Counted from the stretch's first letter, positions 39,695-48,093 are shown. The stretch: 64,000 nt of DNA from Candidatus Altiarchaeota archaeon (GCA_043800705.1 JAZDMS010000018.1:5564-69563); one strand, 5' to 3'. The notes: generated from the letters alone by a model not told the origin. Translations and numbers: made by a program.

Positions 39695-40284
39695 ACCGTC
39701 GCATTCTTCAACGGACAGTACATGAGGATCCGCCCCCCTTCCCGCACGATCATGCAGCCTGATGAATTCTCCGCCCTCTCGTCCGAATCGGGGCCCAAGT
39801 CGATGATGTTGTATCTGTTCTGATATGCCGGCGTAATCCCCTCGATCAAGGTCGAGCTCGTGGCGGGATAGTTTAATCCCTCGTTCACGGACGTCCCGTT
39901 TTGTAGCGGGATGTCGGGAGTCCTGTTGTCCACCTTCTCGAACAGCCTGGCGAACCCGCCATTGATGGTGGATGTGGTGGTCGTGGCCTTCTCGGCCCTG
40001 TCGCACAGGCCGTTCCCGTTCATGTCGACGCAGCAGCCCACGACGGCCCTGACATATCCCTTCGGGCAAACGCCTCCGAAGGTGGAGGATGTCACCGTCG
40101 AGGTCGAGGAGGTGCTGGTCGTGGGTGCGGGGGCCGCGGGCGGGGCTGCGGTCGGCTCTGTTTTCGGCACTGTCGGCGCGGACGATGTGGACGCAATGGC
40201 CCCCCCTTCAGCAGGCTCGGATCCCTGTTCCAAGCAGCCGCAGAGCAGGCAGGCGAGGACCGCGGCCAGCATCAGATGGCGCAT
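39691..40284 (-). CDS. Secreted lipobox protein with a Ser/Thr/Pro-rich linker and Cys-rich module
   Basis: I prefer ATG 40284: MRHLMLAAVLACLLCGC (signal plus lipobox-like Cys), an STP-rich linker, then GVCPKGY...GCCVDMNGNGLCD. The upstream part of the ORF-track model is made of the intergenic repeats. Confidence 0.6.
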   Translation of the reverse strand: MRHLMLAAVLACLLCGCLEQGSEPAEGGAIASTSSAPTVPKTEPTAAPPAAPAPTTSTSSTSTVTSSTFGGVCPKGYVRAVVGCCVDMNGNGLCDRAEKATTTTSTINGGFARLFEKVDNRTPDIPLQNGTSVNEGLNYPATSSTLIEGITPAYQNRYNIIDLGPDSDERAENSSGCMIVREGGRILMYCPLKNATV

Positions 40285-40297
40285 GTTAACGAATGGG

Positions 40298-40377
40298 AAA
40301 ACGCCGATATATCTGCATTCCCCCATCAAAAATCTGCATTCCCCCATAAAAACGCCGATATATCTGCATTCCCCCAT
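40298..40377. repeat. Three direct copies of a CTGCATTCCCCCAT-containing motif (40298-40326, 40328-40347, 40348-40377)
   Basis: Read directly. Copies 1 and 3 are 29-30 nt (AAAACGCCGATATATCTGCATTCCCCCAT) and copy 2 is a short form. On the minus strand copy 1 supplies a gatatatc TATA-like box about 27 nt from ATG 40284. Confidence 0.8.
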
Positions 40378-40392
40378 CTTATCGGCTGTTGT

Positions 40393-40472
40393 ATGGCCTT
40401 TTAACTTTATATTCCCGTCCTTCCGAGAATTCAATGGCCTTTTAACTTTATATTCCCGTCCTTCCGAGAATT
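40393..40472. repeat. Tandem duplication (period 41 bp) of a 39-bp promoter module ATGGCCTTTTAACTTTATATTCCCGTCCTTCCGAGAATT
   Basis: Read directly: copies at 40393-40431 and 40434-40472, identical over 39 nt. Each carries the TATA-like tttatatt, and the second lies about 27 nt upstream of ATG 40477. Confidence 0.85.
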
Positions 40473-40476
40473 AAAC

Positions 40477-41349
40477 ATGGCACAATCCTCCTCATTAAAT
40501 AGGCGGCAATTTTTACAGGTAACAGGAGCAGCAATCGCAGCAGGGGCATTACCGAATCTGGTCAACGTGGGTGAACGGCCGCCGTCTACCTACACGGGTG
40601 AAGATACGGCCGTTAAATTGACTGAGGCTCAGGAGGTATCTGTCAAGAACGGCAAAGGGACCCTGATATTAGCCCCCCTGAAAAAGGATGATGCCCTCGA
40701 GCTCCCGGGGGAAACCATCGTGAGGCCCACTACTCCGGCAGGAAGATTGAAACTCGGATTGCCCGCAGGTGTAAACATCATCTACCCTGGCGGCCCAGAT
40801 TTAGGCAGTACGTTGAATGCGGAAGGGTCTGTGACCCTTGATCCGGGTCAAAAGGCCGGGATACCCAAGGGAGACACCAAGACCGTCACAATAGGGGCAG
40901 CTGGAACTGTTTGCATAATATTGGGCGGCGAGAATACCGAATTGCCTCTCACCACGTTTCCCGCCGGGACAAGGATCATATTAGGGCCGAAAGCGAAAGT
41001 GGACTGCAAAGGCAGATCCGAGCCGTTGAAAAAGGAGAAACCCCCGCGCATGCCCACCATCTTCGAATTGGGCGACGGACGCAAGATCAAATTCATCGAA
41101 CAATCCAATTCAACAGCCGATTGTGAAGCAATCCTCTTTGATCTCGACGGAAAGGGTGTTGTTGCAAGACTGGCCGGAAAAACAGCCATAGACGGAGAGA
41201 CCGTCGCCGGCACTATCTGGACCCAACCGTATGCGGGTGAGCAGGGCAAGTGGGATATCGTCAACTACAGGGGCGGGAATACAGGCATCCTAACCCTCAG
41301 CTGGAATGATAAAGCTGAGCAGAAGCTGCCAGTCAAACCGTTGAATTGA
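40477..41349 (+). CDS. Tat-signal secreted protein, unknown function
   Basis: MAQSSSLNRRQFLQVTGAAIAAGALP is a twin-arginine signal. The rest is Gly/Thr-rich and beta-like, with no recognisable family. Confidence 0.6.
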   Translation: MAQSSSLNRRQFLQVTGAAIAAGALPNLVNVGERPPSTYTGEDTAVKLTEAQEVSVKNGKGTLILAPLKKDDALELPGETIVRPTTPAGRLKLGLPAGVNIIYPGGPDLGSTLNAEGSVTLDPGQKAGIPKGDTKTVTIGAAGTVCIILGGENTELPLTTFPAGTRIILGPKAKVDCKGRSEPLKKEKPPRMPTIFELGDGRKIKFIEQSNSTADCEAILFDLDGKGVVARLAGKTAIDGETVAGTIWTQPYAGEQGKWDIVNYRGGNTGILTLSWNDKAEQKLPVKPLN

Positions 41350-41406
41350 TGCCGTCTCTGCGAGATGATATGGGGGCACCGCAAGGCAGCGGAGCCCTTT
41401 TATCTG

Positions 41407-41438
41407 CAAAACCGCCCCCTTAAGGGGCTGCGGTTTTG
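41407..41438 (+). terminator. Long hairpin CAAAACCGCCCCCTT/AAGGGGctGCGGTTTTG downstream of the Tat-protein gene
   Basis: Read directly. 15 paired positions with a 2-nt bulge, centred on the palindrome CCCCTTAAGGGG. Confidence 0.5.
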
Positions 41439-41508
41439 TCTATCAAGAACATGCCGGCTGAAACAGGCGTGTTCTTTATATATCCCTATGCCCTTATGTT
41501 TATACTTG

Positions 41509-41517
41509 TTTTTTTTT
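41509..41517 (+). terminator. T9 tract (archaeal oligo-T terminator candidate)
   Basis: Nine consecutive T residues read directly, about 30 nt downstream of a TATA-like ctttatatat. Confidence 0.35.
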
Positions 41518-41669
41518 AGGCCGGTAAATTGGTGGCCCACTCTACTTTGCGCAGACAGCTTTTAGCCGTCTGGCGGGTGCAGAACTCGCTGTTGCGAGTT
41601 CTCCACGTGGTGGGGTTCCAAGACTGCCTGCCTGGATGAAACCTGACGCAAGCTTTTTCGTTCCAAAAA

Positions 41670-42098
41670 ATGGGTAAAGGAGAATTCGCAGCCAAGAAGC
41701 TGCAGGACACGCGAAAACGGTTCCGGTGGAGCAAGTCAGACTACGCAAGGAGGGTCCTGCTTCTGAAGGAAAAACACGACCCCCTGGAAGGCGCGCCGCA
41801 GGCTAGGGGGATAGTCCTCGAGAAGGTCGGCATCGAAGCCAAGCAGCCCAACTCGGCGATCCGCAAATGCGTCAGGGTCCAGCTCATAAAGAACGGACGG
41901 CAGGTCACCGCATTCGCGCCGAGGAACAGGGCGATAACGTTCATCGACGAGCACGACCAGGTGCTGATCGAAGGCCTGGGCGGAAGGAAGGGCAGGTCCA
42001 TGGGCGACCTCTCCGGCGTCCGTTACAAGGTAATCAAAGTCAACGACATATCCCTTAACGAGCTGGTGCACGGCCGCAAGGAGAAGCCGCAGAGGTAA
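41670..42098 (+). CDS. rps12: Ribosomal protein uS12
   Basis: [40 protein letters not shown] is canonical S12. Confidence 0.95.
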   Translation: MGKGEFAAKKLQDTRKRFRWSKSDYARRVLLLKEKHDPLEGAPQARGIVLEKVGIEAKQPNSAIRKCVRVQLIKNGRQVTAFAPRNRAITFIDEHDQVLIEGLGGRKGRSMGDLSGVRYKVIKVNDISLNELVHGRKEKPQR

Positions 42099-42102
42099 TG
42101 CG

Positions 42103-42492
42103 ATGAGACACGACCCACTGAATGACGCGATATCCGTGATCAAGAACGCCGAGAGGACTGGGAAGAGCGAGTGCCTCCTGCATCCGAAGAGCAAGCTTCT
42201 GATGAACGTCCTGCAGATATTCCAAGACAACGGCTACGTCGGCGAACTGGAGGTCGCAGATAACCGAAGAGGCGGCAACGTCAGGGTCAGACTGGTCCGG
42301 CAGATCAACGACTGCGGAGTCATCAAGCCCAGGTTCCCGGTCAAAAACAGCGAATTCGACAAGTGGGAGAAGAGATACCTCCCTTCGCAGGGCTTCGGAC
42401 TGATCGTGGTATCGACTCCGAAGGGAATCATGGGCCACGAAGAAGCCAAGTCGAAGGGCCTCGGAGGCAGGCTCCTAGCGTACGCATACTGA
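42103..42492 (+). CDS. rps8: Ribosomal protein uS8
   Basis: DPLNDAISVIKNAERTGKSEC...STPKGIMGHEEAKSKGLGGRLLAYAY. Confidence 0.95.
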   Translation: MRHDPLNDAISVIKNAERTGKSECLLHPKSKLLMNVLQIFQDNGYVGELEVADNRRGGNVRVRLVRQINDCGVIKPRFPVKNSEFDKWEKRYLPSQGFGLIVVSTPKGIMGHEEAKSKGLGGRLLAYAY

Positions 42493-42494
42493 AA

Positions 42495-43058
42495 ATGGCT
42501 GAGAAAAAACACGGCGGAGAATTGGAAGTCGACCTCATAGAGGGGGTGCAGGTCGAGGCCAAGGGCCGGAACATCACAGTCAAAGGCAAGAAGGGCGAGC
42601 TGTCCAGGCGGTTCATGGAGGATTTCGTGAACATAACGCCCCAGGACGGGAAGATAAGGATCACGGCGAAGACCAAGAGGTTCCCGCTCAGGAAGCAGAT
42701 GGCGATCATGGGGACCGTCGCAGGCCACATCAAGAACATGATGCAGGGCGTCACGGACGGATTCGTCTACAAGCTCAGGATAGTCTACTCGCACTTCCCG
42801 ATGAAGGTGTCTGCGAAGGGCGCCGAATTCCAGGTCGACAACTTCCTCGGCGAAAAGTGCCCGCGCAGGACCCGCATACTGGAGGGCGTCAAAGTGGACG
42901 TGAAGGGCAACGAAGTCACAGTCACAGGAACCGACATCGAGCACGTCGGACAGACCGCCGCGAACATCGAGCAGCTGACGAGGATAAAGAACCTCGACTG
43001 CCGCGTGTTCCAGGACGGCATATACATCATCGAAAAAGACGGGCAACCAGTGGTATAA
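42495..43058 (+). CDS. rpl6: Ribosomal protein uL6
   Basis: ATG 42495 (MAEKKHGGELEVDLIEGVQVEAKGRNITVKGKKGEL...); YSHFPMKVSAKG...VDNFLGEK. Confidence 0.93.
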   Translation: MAEKKHGGELEVDLIEGVQVEAKGRNITVKGKKGELSRRFMEDFVNITPQDGKIRITAKTKRFPLRKQMAIMGTVAGHIKNMMQGVTDGFVYKLRIVYSHFPMKVSAKGAEFQVDNFLGEKCPRRTRILEGVKVDVKGNEVTVTGTDIEHVGQTAANIEQLTRIKNLDCRVFQDGIYIIEKDGQPVV

Positions 43059-43766
43059 ATGGCCGAAACCAAAGCTAAACCCAAGGCGGCGAAGAAGCCG
43101 GCGCAGAAGAAGGCGGAGAAAAAGCCGGCGCCCAAGGCTGATGAGAAGAGGGAGCACAGGAAGCCCGCAGAGAAGAAGCCGCAGGAGATGGTGGCCGCCA
43201 AGAAGAAGGAAGAATCCAAAACCAAAGAACCCCAAGAGGCGAAGAAGGAGGCAGCCAAAACGGAAGCGGCCAAAACGGAAGCGGCCAAAACGGCCAAGGA
43301 AGGGGCAAAGCCCAAAAAGAAGGTCCGCGCCGAGGAAAAGAAGCCTAAGAAGGCGGCAAAGGTGAAGAAGGTCTATGCAGTCGTAAAGATCCAGTACCCG
43401 GTGAAGGCCGAAGCCAAGCCGGGGAAATACAAGCCCAGGTTCAGGAGGCAGGAGGCGGGCAGGTACAAGCGCCTGGAAGAGAAATGGCGGAGGCCGACTG
43501 GCATCGACTCCAAGAAGCTCGAGAAGCAGAGGGGCAAAGGACTCGTCCCCGGGATCGGGTACAAGAAGCCGAATTCAGAATCAGGCCTGCAGTTCGGGTA
43601 CGAGCCTGTCATGGTGTTCAACGTCGCGGGGCTCAAGGCTGTCAGCTCCGACAGGCAGGCCGCGGTCATCGCGGCGGCGGTCGGCAGGAAGAAGAGGAAC
43701 ATGATAATCGAAGAGGCCAACACATTGAAGATCAAGGTACTGAACCCGCGGAGGGGCGAAGCATGA
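43059..43766 (+). CDS. rpl32e: Ribosomal protein eL32 with a long Lys/Ala/Glu-rich N-terminal extension
   Basis: The core KPRFRRQEAGRYKRLEEKWRRPTGIDSK...GYKKP begins near residue 125. The N-terminus is KAAKK/AAKTE low complexity. Confidence 0.88.
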   Translation: MAETKAKPKAAKKPAQKKAEKKPAPKADEKREHRKPAEKKPQEMVAAKKKEESKTKEPQEAKKEAAKTEAAKTEAAKTAKEGAKPKKKVRAEEKKPKKAAKVKKVYAVVKIQYPVKAEAKPGKYKPRFRRQEAGRYKRLEEKWRRPTGIDSKKLEKQRGKGLVPGIGYKKPNSESGLQFGYEPVMVFNVAGLKAVSSDRQAAVIAAAVGRKKRNMIIEEANTLKIKVLNPRRGEA

Positions 43767-44203
43767 ACCTGAACGGCCAAAGGAGGCTTGCGGCGCAGGT
43801 CATGAAGATCGGGCAGACGAGGGTGAAATTCGACCCCGAAAGGCTTGAAGAGGTCTCGGAGGCGATCACGAATGACGACATACGCGGCCTGGTCAAATCC
43901 GGCGCCATTTCCGAGAGGCCGATCACCGGCATAAGCAGGGGCAGGTTCAGGGCGAAGAAGAAGCAGAGGCTCAAGGGCAGGCGCAAGGGAGTCGGAAAAA
44001 GGGGCGGCACGAAAGGAGCAAGGACCCCGAAAAAGAAGAAGTGGATGGGGAAGATCAGGGCCATCCGCGACGAACTCAAGAAGATGCGCGACACGAAGGA
44101 GATCGGCGCATCCGAATACCGCAAACTTTACCGTCAGGCTAAAGGTAACCTGTTCCTGTCAAGGAGGCACCTGAGGGAGCAGATTGGGAGGATGAAGGAA
44201 TAG
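43763..44203 (+). CDS. rpl19e: Ribosomal protein eL19
   Basis: ATG 43763 overlaps the eL32 stop (ATGA). Reads MNLNGQRRLAAQVMKIGQTRVKFDPERLEEV. Confidence 0.93.
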   Translation: MNLNGQRRLAAQVMKIGQTRVKFDPERLEEVSEAITNDDIRGLVKSGAISERPITGISRGRFRAKKKQRLKGRRKGVGKRGGTKGARTPKKKKWMGKIRAIRDELKKMRDTKEIGASEYRKLYRQAKGNLFLSRRHLREQIGRMKE

Positions 44204-44728
44204 ATGGCTACAGGGGCGACCTTCGCAGTCGGCTACAGGCGAAAAAGGCAGCAGAAAACCGACTACCATCGGAGGCTCAACCTCCTGAAGTCGGAGAAGA
44301 CGAGGTTCGTCGTCAGGCCGTCGAACAAGAGCATACTCACGCAGCTTGTCGACTACCACGAGGATGGAGACATGGTCCGGGTGACGGTAAGCTCGAAGAC
44401 CCTCGGGAAGCTTGGCTGGAACCATAACCTGGCGAACACGCCCGCCGCCTACCTTACAGGCCTATTGTGCGGGGTAAAAGGCAAGTCCAAGGGGGTAAAG
44501 ACGGCGATTCTGGACACCGGCCTGTTCCCCCAGATAAAATGCTCAAACATTTACGCGGCCTTGAAAGGCCTGAAGGACGCGGGGATAGAATCTCCGGCGG
44601 ACGATTCGATATTCCCGTCGCAGGAGCGGATATGCGGCAAGGTCATCGCGTCGTACAACCAGAAGGCAAAGAGCATGGAAGCAGACTTCGCGAAGGTCAA
44701 GGAAGCGATTTTGAGATCAAGCAAGTGA
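44204..44728 (+). CDS. rpl18: Ribosomal protein uL18
   Basis: RRKRQQKTDYHRRLNLLKSEKTRFVVRPSNKSILTQLV. Confidence 0.93.
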   Translation: MATGATFAVGYRRKRQQKTDYHRRLNLLKSEKTRFVVRPSNKSILTQLVDYHEDGDMVRVTVSSKTLGKLGWNHNLANTPAAYLTGLLCGVKGKSKGVKTAILDTGLFPQIKCSNIYAALKGLKDAGIESPADDSIFPSQERICGKVIASYNQKAKSMEADFAKVKEAILRSSK

Positions 44729-44732
44729 TAAA

Positions 44733-45692
44733 ATGGCAGACGAAAAAACCACAACAGGACAGAAGGCAGAGAAGCCTGTCGCCAAAAAAGCGGACAAAGA
44801 GCCTGTGAAAAAACCCTCAAGCGCCCACCCGGCCGAGGAAAAGAAGATCGAGGCGGAGGCGCCCGAGGAGGTCGAGGCAGATGTCAAATCAGAGGCGGAC
44901 ATCATCCCGGAAGTGAAGGGCGAGGTCATAGTCGACGAGGTCGCGGACGAGCAGGAATTCAAGGAGAAGATCCTCAAGGACAAGAAGAAGGCGGTCGCCT
45001 TCGACGGGGAGGATCGCGTAGTCGTCTGGGTGCCGAGGACCAAGCTAGGAAGCAGGGTATACAACGGCGAGATCACATCGATGCACGATATAATGCTGCA
45101 GTCCGCCCCGATCAAGGAGGTCGGCATAGTGGACAAGCTCCTGCCAGGCATGCTGGAGGAGATACTCGACGTCGGCAGGGTCCAGAGGGTCACGGACTCG
45201 GGCAGAAGGATGAGGTTCAGGGTCGTCGCGGCGGTAGGCAACGGCGACGGATACGTGGGCGTCGGAGAGGCCAAGGGGAAGGAGGCCGGGCCCACGATCA
45301 GAAAGAGCATAGAGCGCGCCAAACTCAACATCAGGGAGGTAAAGCGGGGCTGCGGAAGCTGGGAATGCGGATGCGGGACCCCCCACACGGTGCCGTTCAA
45401 GATCACGGGCGAGGAAGGCAGCGTCTCGGTGACTCTGATGCCGGCCCCGAGGGGTGTCGGTATAGTCAGCGGAAAGATCGCCAAGTCGATACTCGGCCTG
45501 GCGGGGATAAAGGACGTCTGGGTGATGACCGAGGGGCACACGAGGACGGGCATCAACTTCGCGCATGCCGTATTGGATGCGCTTGAGAACACCAACTACG
45601 TGAAGATAAAGGAAGGCGACGTCGGCAGGCTCAAGATTGTGACGGGGTCGGCAAAACCGAACGAGCCGGCGCCGAAGGAGGTCGTCGAATGA
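44733..45692 (+). CDS. rps5: Ribosomal protein uS5 with an extended acidic/basic N-terminal region
   Basis: The core W.PRTKLG..V..G.I....IKE..IVD.LL...EEILDVGRVQRVTDSGRRMRFRVVAAVGNGDGYVGVGEAKGKE begins near residue 96 of 319. Confidence 0.9.
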   Translation: MADEKTTTGQKAEKPVAKKADKEPVKKPSSAHPAEEKKIEAEAPEEVEADVKSEADIIPEVKGEVIVDEVADEQEFKEKILKDKKKAVAFDGEDRVVVWVPRTKLGSRVYNGEITSMHDIMLQSAPIKEVGIVDKLLPGMLEEILDVGRVQRVTDSGRRMRFRVVAAVGNGDGYVGVGEAKGKEAGPTIRKSIERAKLNIREVKRGCGSWECGCGTPHTVPFKITGEEGSVSVTLMPAPRGVGIVSGKIAKSILGLAGIKDVWVMTEGHTRTGINFAHAVLDALENTNYVKIKEGDVGRLKIVTGSAKPNEPAPKEVVE

Positions 45693-46165
45693 GTCCGGCG
45701 GTCGCAGCGCTCAGGGTCAGGGGGCGGACTCACATCAAGCGGGGGATAGAGGACACCCTACGGTACATGGGGCTCACGAGGAAGAACTACTGCGCCATCC
45801 TCCCGGAAGGGGAGACCGCAAGGGCGATGATATCCAAGGCCAAGGACTACATAACCTGGGGTGAGGTCGACGAGAAGACCGTCGAATCCCTACTGAGGGA
45901 GCGCGGAAGGATAGCTGGCGACAAGAAGCTCACAGACCAATACGTCCAATCCAACAGCAAGTACGCGGACATAAAATCACTCGCTTCCGCGATTGTGGGC
46001 GGAGAGACTAAGGCCAAGGACGTGGAGGGGCTTAAGCCCATATTCAGGCTGAATCCGCCGAGGAAAGGCTTCGAACGCGAAGGGATAAAGAAGCCCTACA
46101 CTCTCGGGGGAGCGCTCGGCGACCGCAAGGAAAAGATTAAGGACCTACTCATGAGGATGATCTGA
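45689..46165 (+). CDS. rpl30: Ribosomal protein uL30
   Basis: ALRVRGRTHIKRGIEDTLRYMGLTRKNYCAIL. Confidence 0.92.
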   Translation: MSPAVAALRVRGRTHIKRGIEDTLRYMGLTRKNYCAILPEGETARAMISKAKDYITWGEVDEKTVESLLRERGRIAGDKKLTDQYVQSNSKYADIKSLASAIVGGETKAKDVEGLKPIFRLNPPRKGFEREGIKKPYTLGGALGDRKEKIKDLLMRMI

Positions 46166-46626
46166 TGGCCCACAGTGAGCGAAGAACCCGGAAGATGAGG
46201 GGTTCTAGGATGCACGGCTACGGCAACACCCAGAAGCACAGGGGCGCGGGCAGCCGCGGCGGGCACGGGATGGCTGGAAGCAAAAAGCATAAGTGGCACT
46301 ACGTATCAAAATACATGCCCGGTTACTTCGGCGAGAAGGGCTTCAAGAGGCACCACGGTCACCTCCCCTGCGAGGAGATAATCAACGTCGGCTACCTGTC
46401 GAAGGCCATAGGAAGGCTCGTTGCGGAAGGGAAGGCGACGGGCTCGAAGGGCTCATACACGATCGACCTCACTGCCGCAGGATACACGAAACTCCTAGGC
46501 GCCGGAAAGATCGATTCCAAGGTCAAAATAAAGATAGCAAAATGCTCCCAGAAGGCGAAAGAGAAGATAGAGAGGGCAGGCGGCTCAGTGGAAGCGGAAA
46601 GCACGGAAACAGAGGAAAGCGGGTGA
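46165..46626 (+). CDS. rpl15: Ribosomal protein uL15
   Basis: RKMRGSRMHGYGNTQKHRGAGSRGGHGMAGSKKHKW. Confidence 0.92.
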   Translation: MAHSERRTRKMRGSRMHGYGNTQKHRGAGSRGGHGMAGSKKHKWHYVSKYMPGYFGEKGFKRHHGHLPCEEIINVGYLSKAIGRLVAEGKATGSKGSYTIDLTAAGYTKLLGAGKIDSKVKIKIAKCSQKAKEKIERAGGSVEAESTETEESG

Positions 46627-46630
46627 ATAA

Positions 46631-48055
46631 ATGAACCTCGAGTTCATCAGGCCCATACTCAAGTACCTGCCTGAGATAAAGATTCCGAACCGGAAAGTAG
46701 CCTTCAAGGAGAAGCTGACCTGGACGTCGCTGACTCTCGTGTTGTTCTTCGTGATGGGCGTCATCTACCCCTACGGCGTCACGCCCGAAACCCTTTCGCA
46801 GCACATCCGGGGCTTCGAGAGCATGACGATGATATTCGCCTCGAGCATCGGCACGCTGACATCCGTCGGGATCGGGCCCATAGTCACGGCATCCATCATA
46901 CTCCAGCTCCTGGTCGGCGCGGAAATGATAGACATCGACCTGAAGACCCGCGAAGGCAAGGCACTGTTCCAGGGAGCCCAGAAGATACTTACGGTCTTCA
47001 TCGCGATATTCGAGGCTGCCGCGCTCGTCGTAGCCACCAACATGGTCGGGGAAGCCGGCCTGCCCGTATACCAGAAGCTGCTGGAGCCCATAACCCTCTT
47101 CACAGTCTTCCAGATAGCGCTCGGTTCGGTGCTGCTAATGTACATGGACGAGATCGTCTCGAAATGGGGCATAGGGTCGGGGATATCCCTCTTCATCGCA
47201 GGCGGAGTCTCCCATACGATTATCACAGGCTCGCTGAACCCCCTGAAGGGGACCGGCGGACTGGCGTACGCCGGATACCTGCCGAACTTCTTCTCCCAAA
47301 TGATATCCGGGAACCTCAACTTCGTACTCCTGGCGCCGATCGCGGCCACGGTGATAGTGTTCCTGTTCGTGGTCTACGGCGAGGCGATGCGGATAGAGAT
47401 ACCGCTTTCGTACGGAAGCATACGCGGAGTCGGCGGCAGGATACCGCTCAGGTTCTTCTACGTCAGCAACATACCCGTCATACTCACATCCGCCCTCCTG
47501 ATGAACGTCAGGATGTGGACCGGCCTAGTCGGCGTCAATCCCGACTCCGGCATGCGCCCCGCAGACATGTCGTTCCTGCAGAACATAGTATACACCGTCT
47601 CGAACTACATCACGCTCGGGAACCTCTACAGCGTCCTGCAGCCGGAGAACTGGTACATCCTCTCCGATCCCATGGTACTTCTGCACCTTCTGGTCTACAT
47701 GATCGTCTTCTCCGGGCTGTGCGTCCTGTTCGGGCAGTTCTGGGTGCAGACCACGGGCTTGGACTCGGAGAGCATGGCGAAGCAGATTGAGGAGGGGGGG
47801 ATGCAGATCCCGGGCCACAGGCCCGACCGGAGGATAATCAAGGTCGTCCTGGACAAGTACATCCCGCACCTGACCATACTGTCCAGCATCGGGGTCGGGA
47901 TGCTCGCGACTGTGGCGGACCTCATGGGGGCGCTGGGCTCTGGGACCGGGATACTCCTGACTGTCGGCATCATCTACCGCCTGTATGAGGACATACAGAA
48001 GGACCAGATGGCGGACATGAGCCCGACGTTCCGAAGGTTCATGGGCAAGTCATAG
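46631..48055 (+). CDS. secY: Preprotein translocase subunit SecY
   Basis: 474 aa, 10-TM pattern, reads FKEKLTWTSLTLVLFFVMG...GIGPIVTASIILQLL, in the conserved position after uL15. Confidence 0.95.
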   Translation: MNLEFIRPILKYLPEIKIPNRKVAFKEKLTWTSLTLVLFFVMGVIYPYGVTPETLSQHIRGFESMTMIFASSIGTLTSVGIGPIVTASIILQLLVGAEMIDIDLKTREGKALFQGAQKILTVFIAIFEAAALVVATNMVGEAGLPVYQKLLEPITLFTVFQIALGSVLLMYMDEIVSKWGIGSGISLFIAGGVSHTIITGSLNPLKGTGGLAYAGYLPNFFSQMISGNLNFVLLAPIAATVIVFLFVVYGEAMRIEIPLSYGSIRGVGGRIPLRFFYVSNIPVILTSALLMNVRMWTGLVGVNPDSGMRPADMSFLQNIVYTVSNYITLGNLYSVLQPENWYILSDPMVLLHLLVYMIVFSGLCVLFGQFWVQTTGLDSESMAKQIEEGGMQIPGHRPDRRIIKVVLDKYIPHLTILSSIGVGMLATVADLMGALGSGTGILLTVGIIYRLYEDIQKDQMADMSPTFRRFMGKS

Positions 48056-48093
48056 GCATCTGTTTTTTTACTCCCTCTGCGAATCCTATAACC

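Noticed and set aside
40298-40472. Direct repeats considered as a small CRISPR array
   Set aside because: There are only 2-3 copies, the units abut with 1-2 nt between them (no spacers), two different repeat families are present, and they sit at promoter distance from divergent genes. No cas genes are present.
41365-41748. Short ORFs in the rps12 upstream region (41365-41565 plus strand; 41516-41734 and 41542-41748 minus strand)
   Set aside because: They have no motifs and odd composition, cross the hairpin/T9 elements and overlap the rps12 start. They are better explained as non-coding structured sequence.
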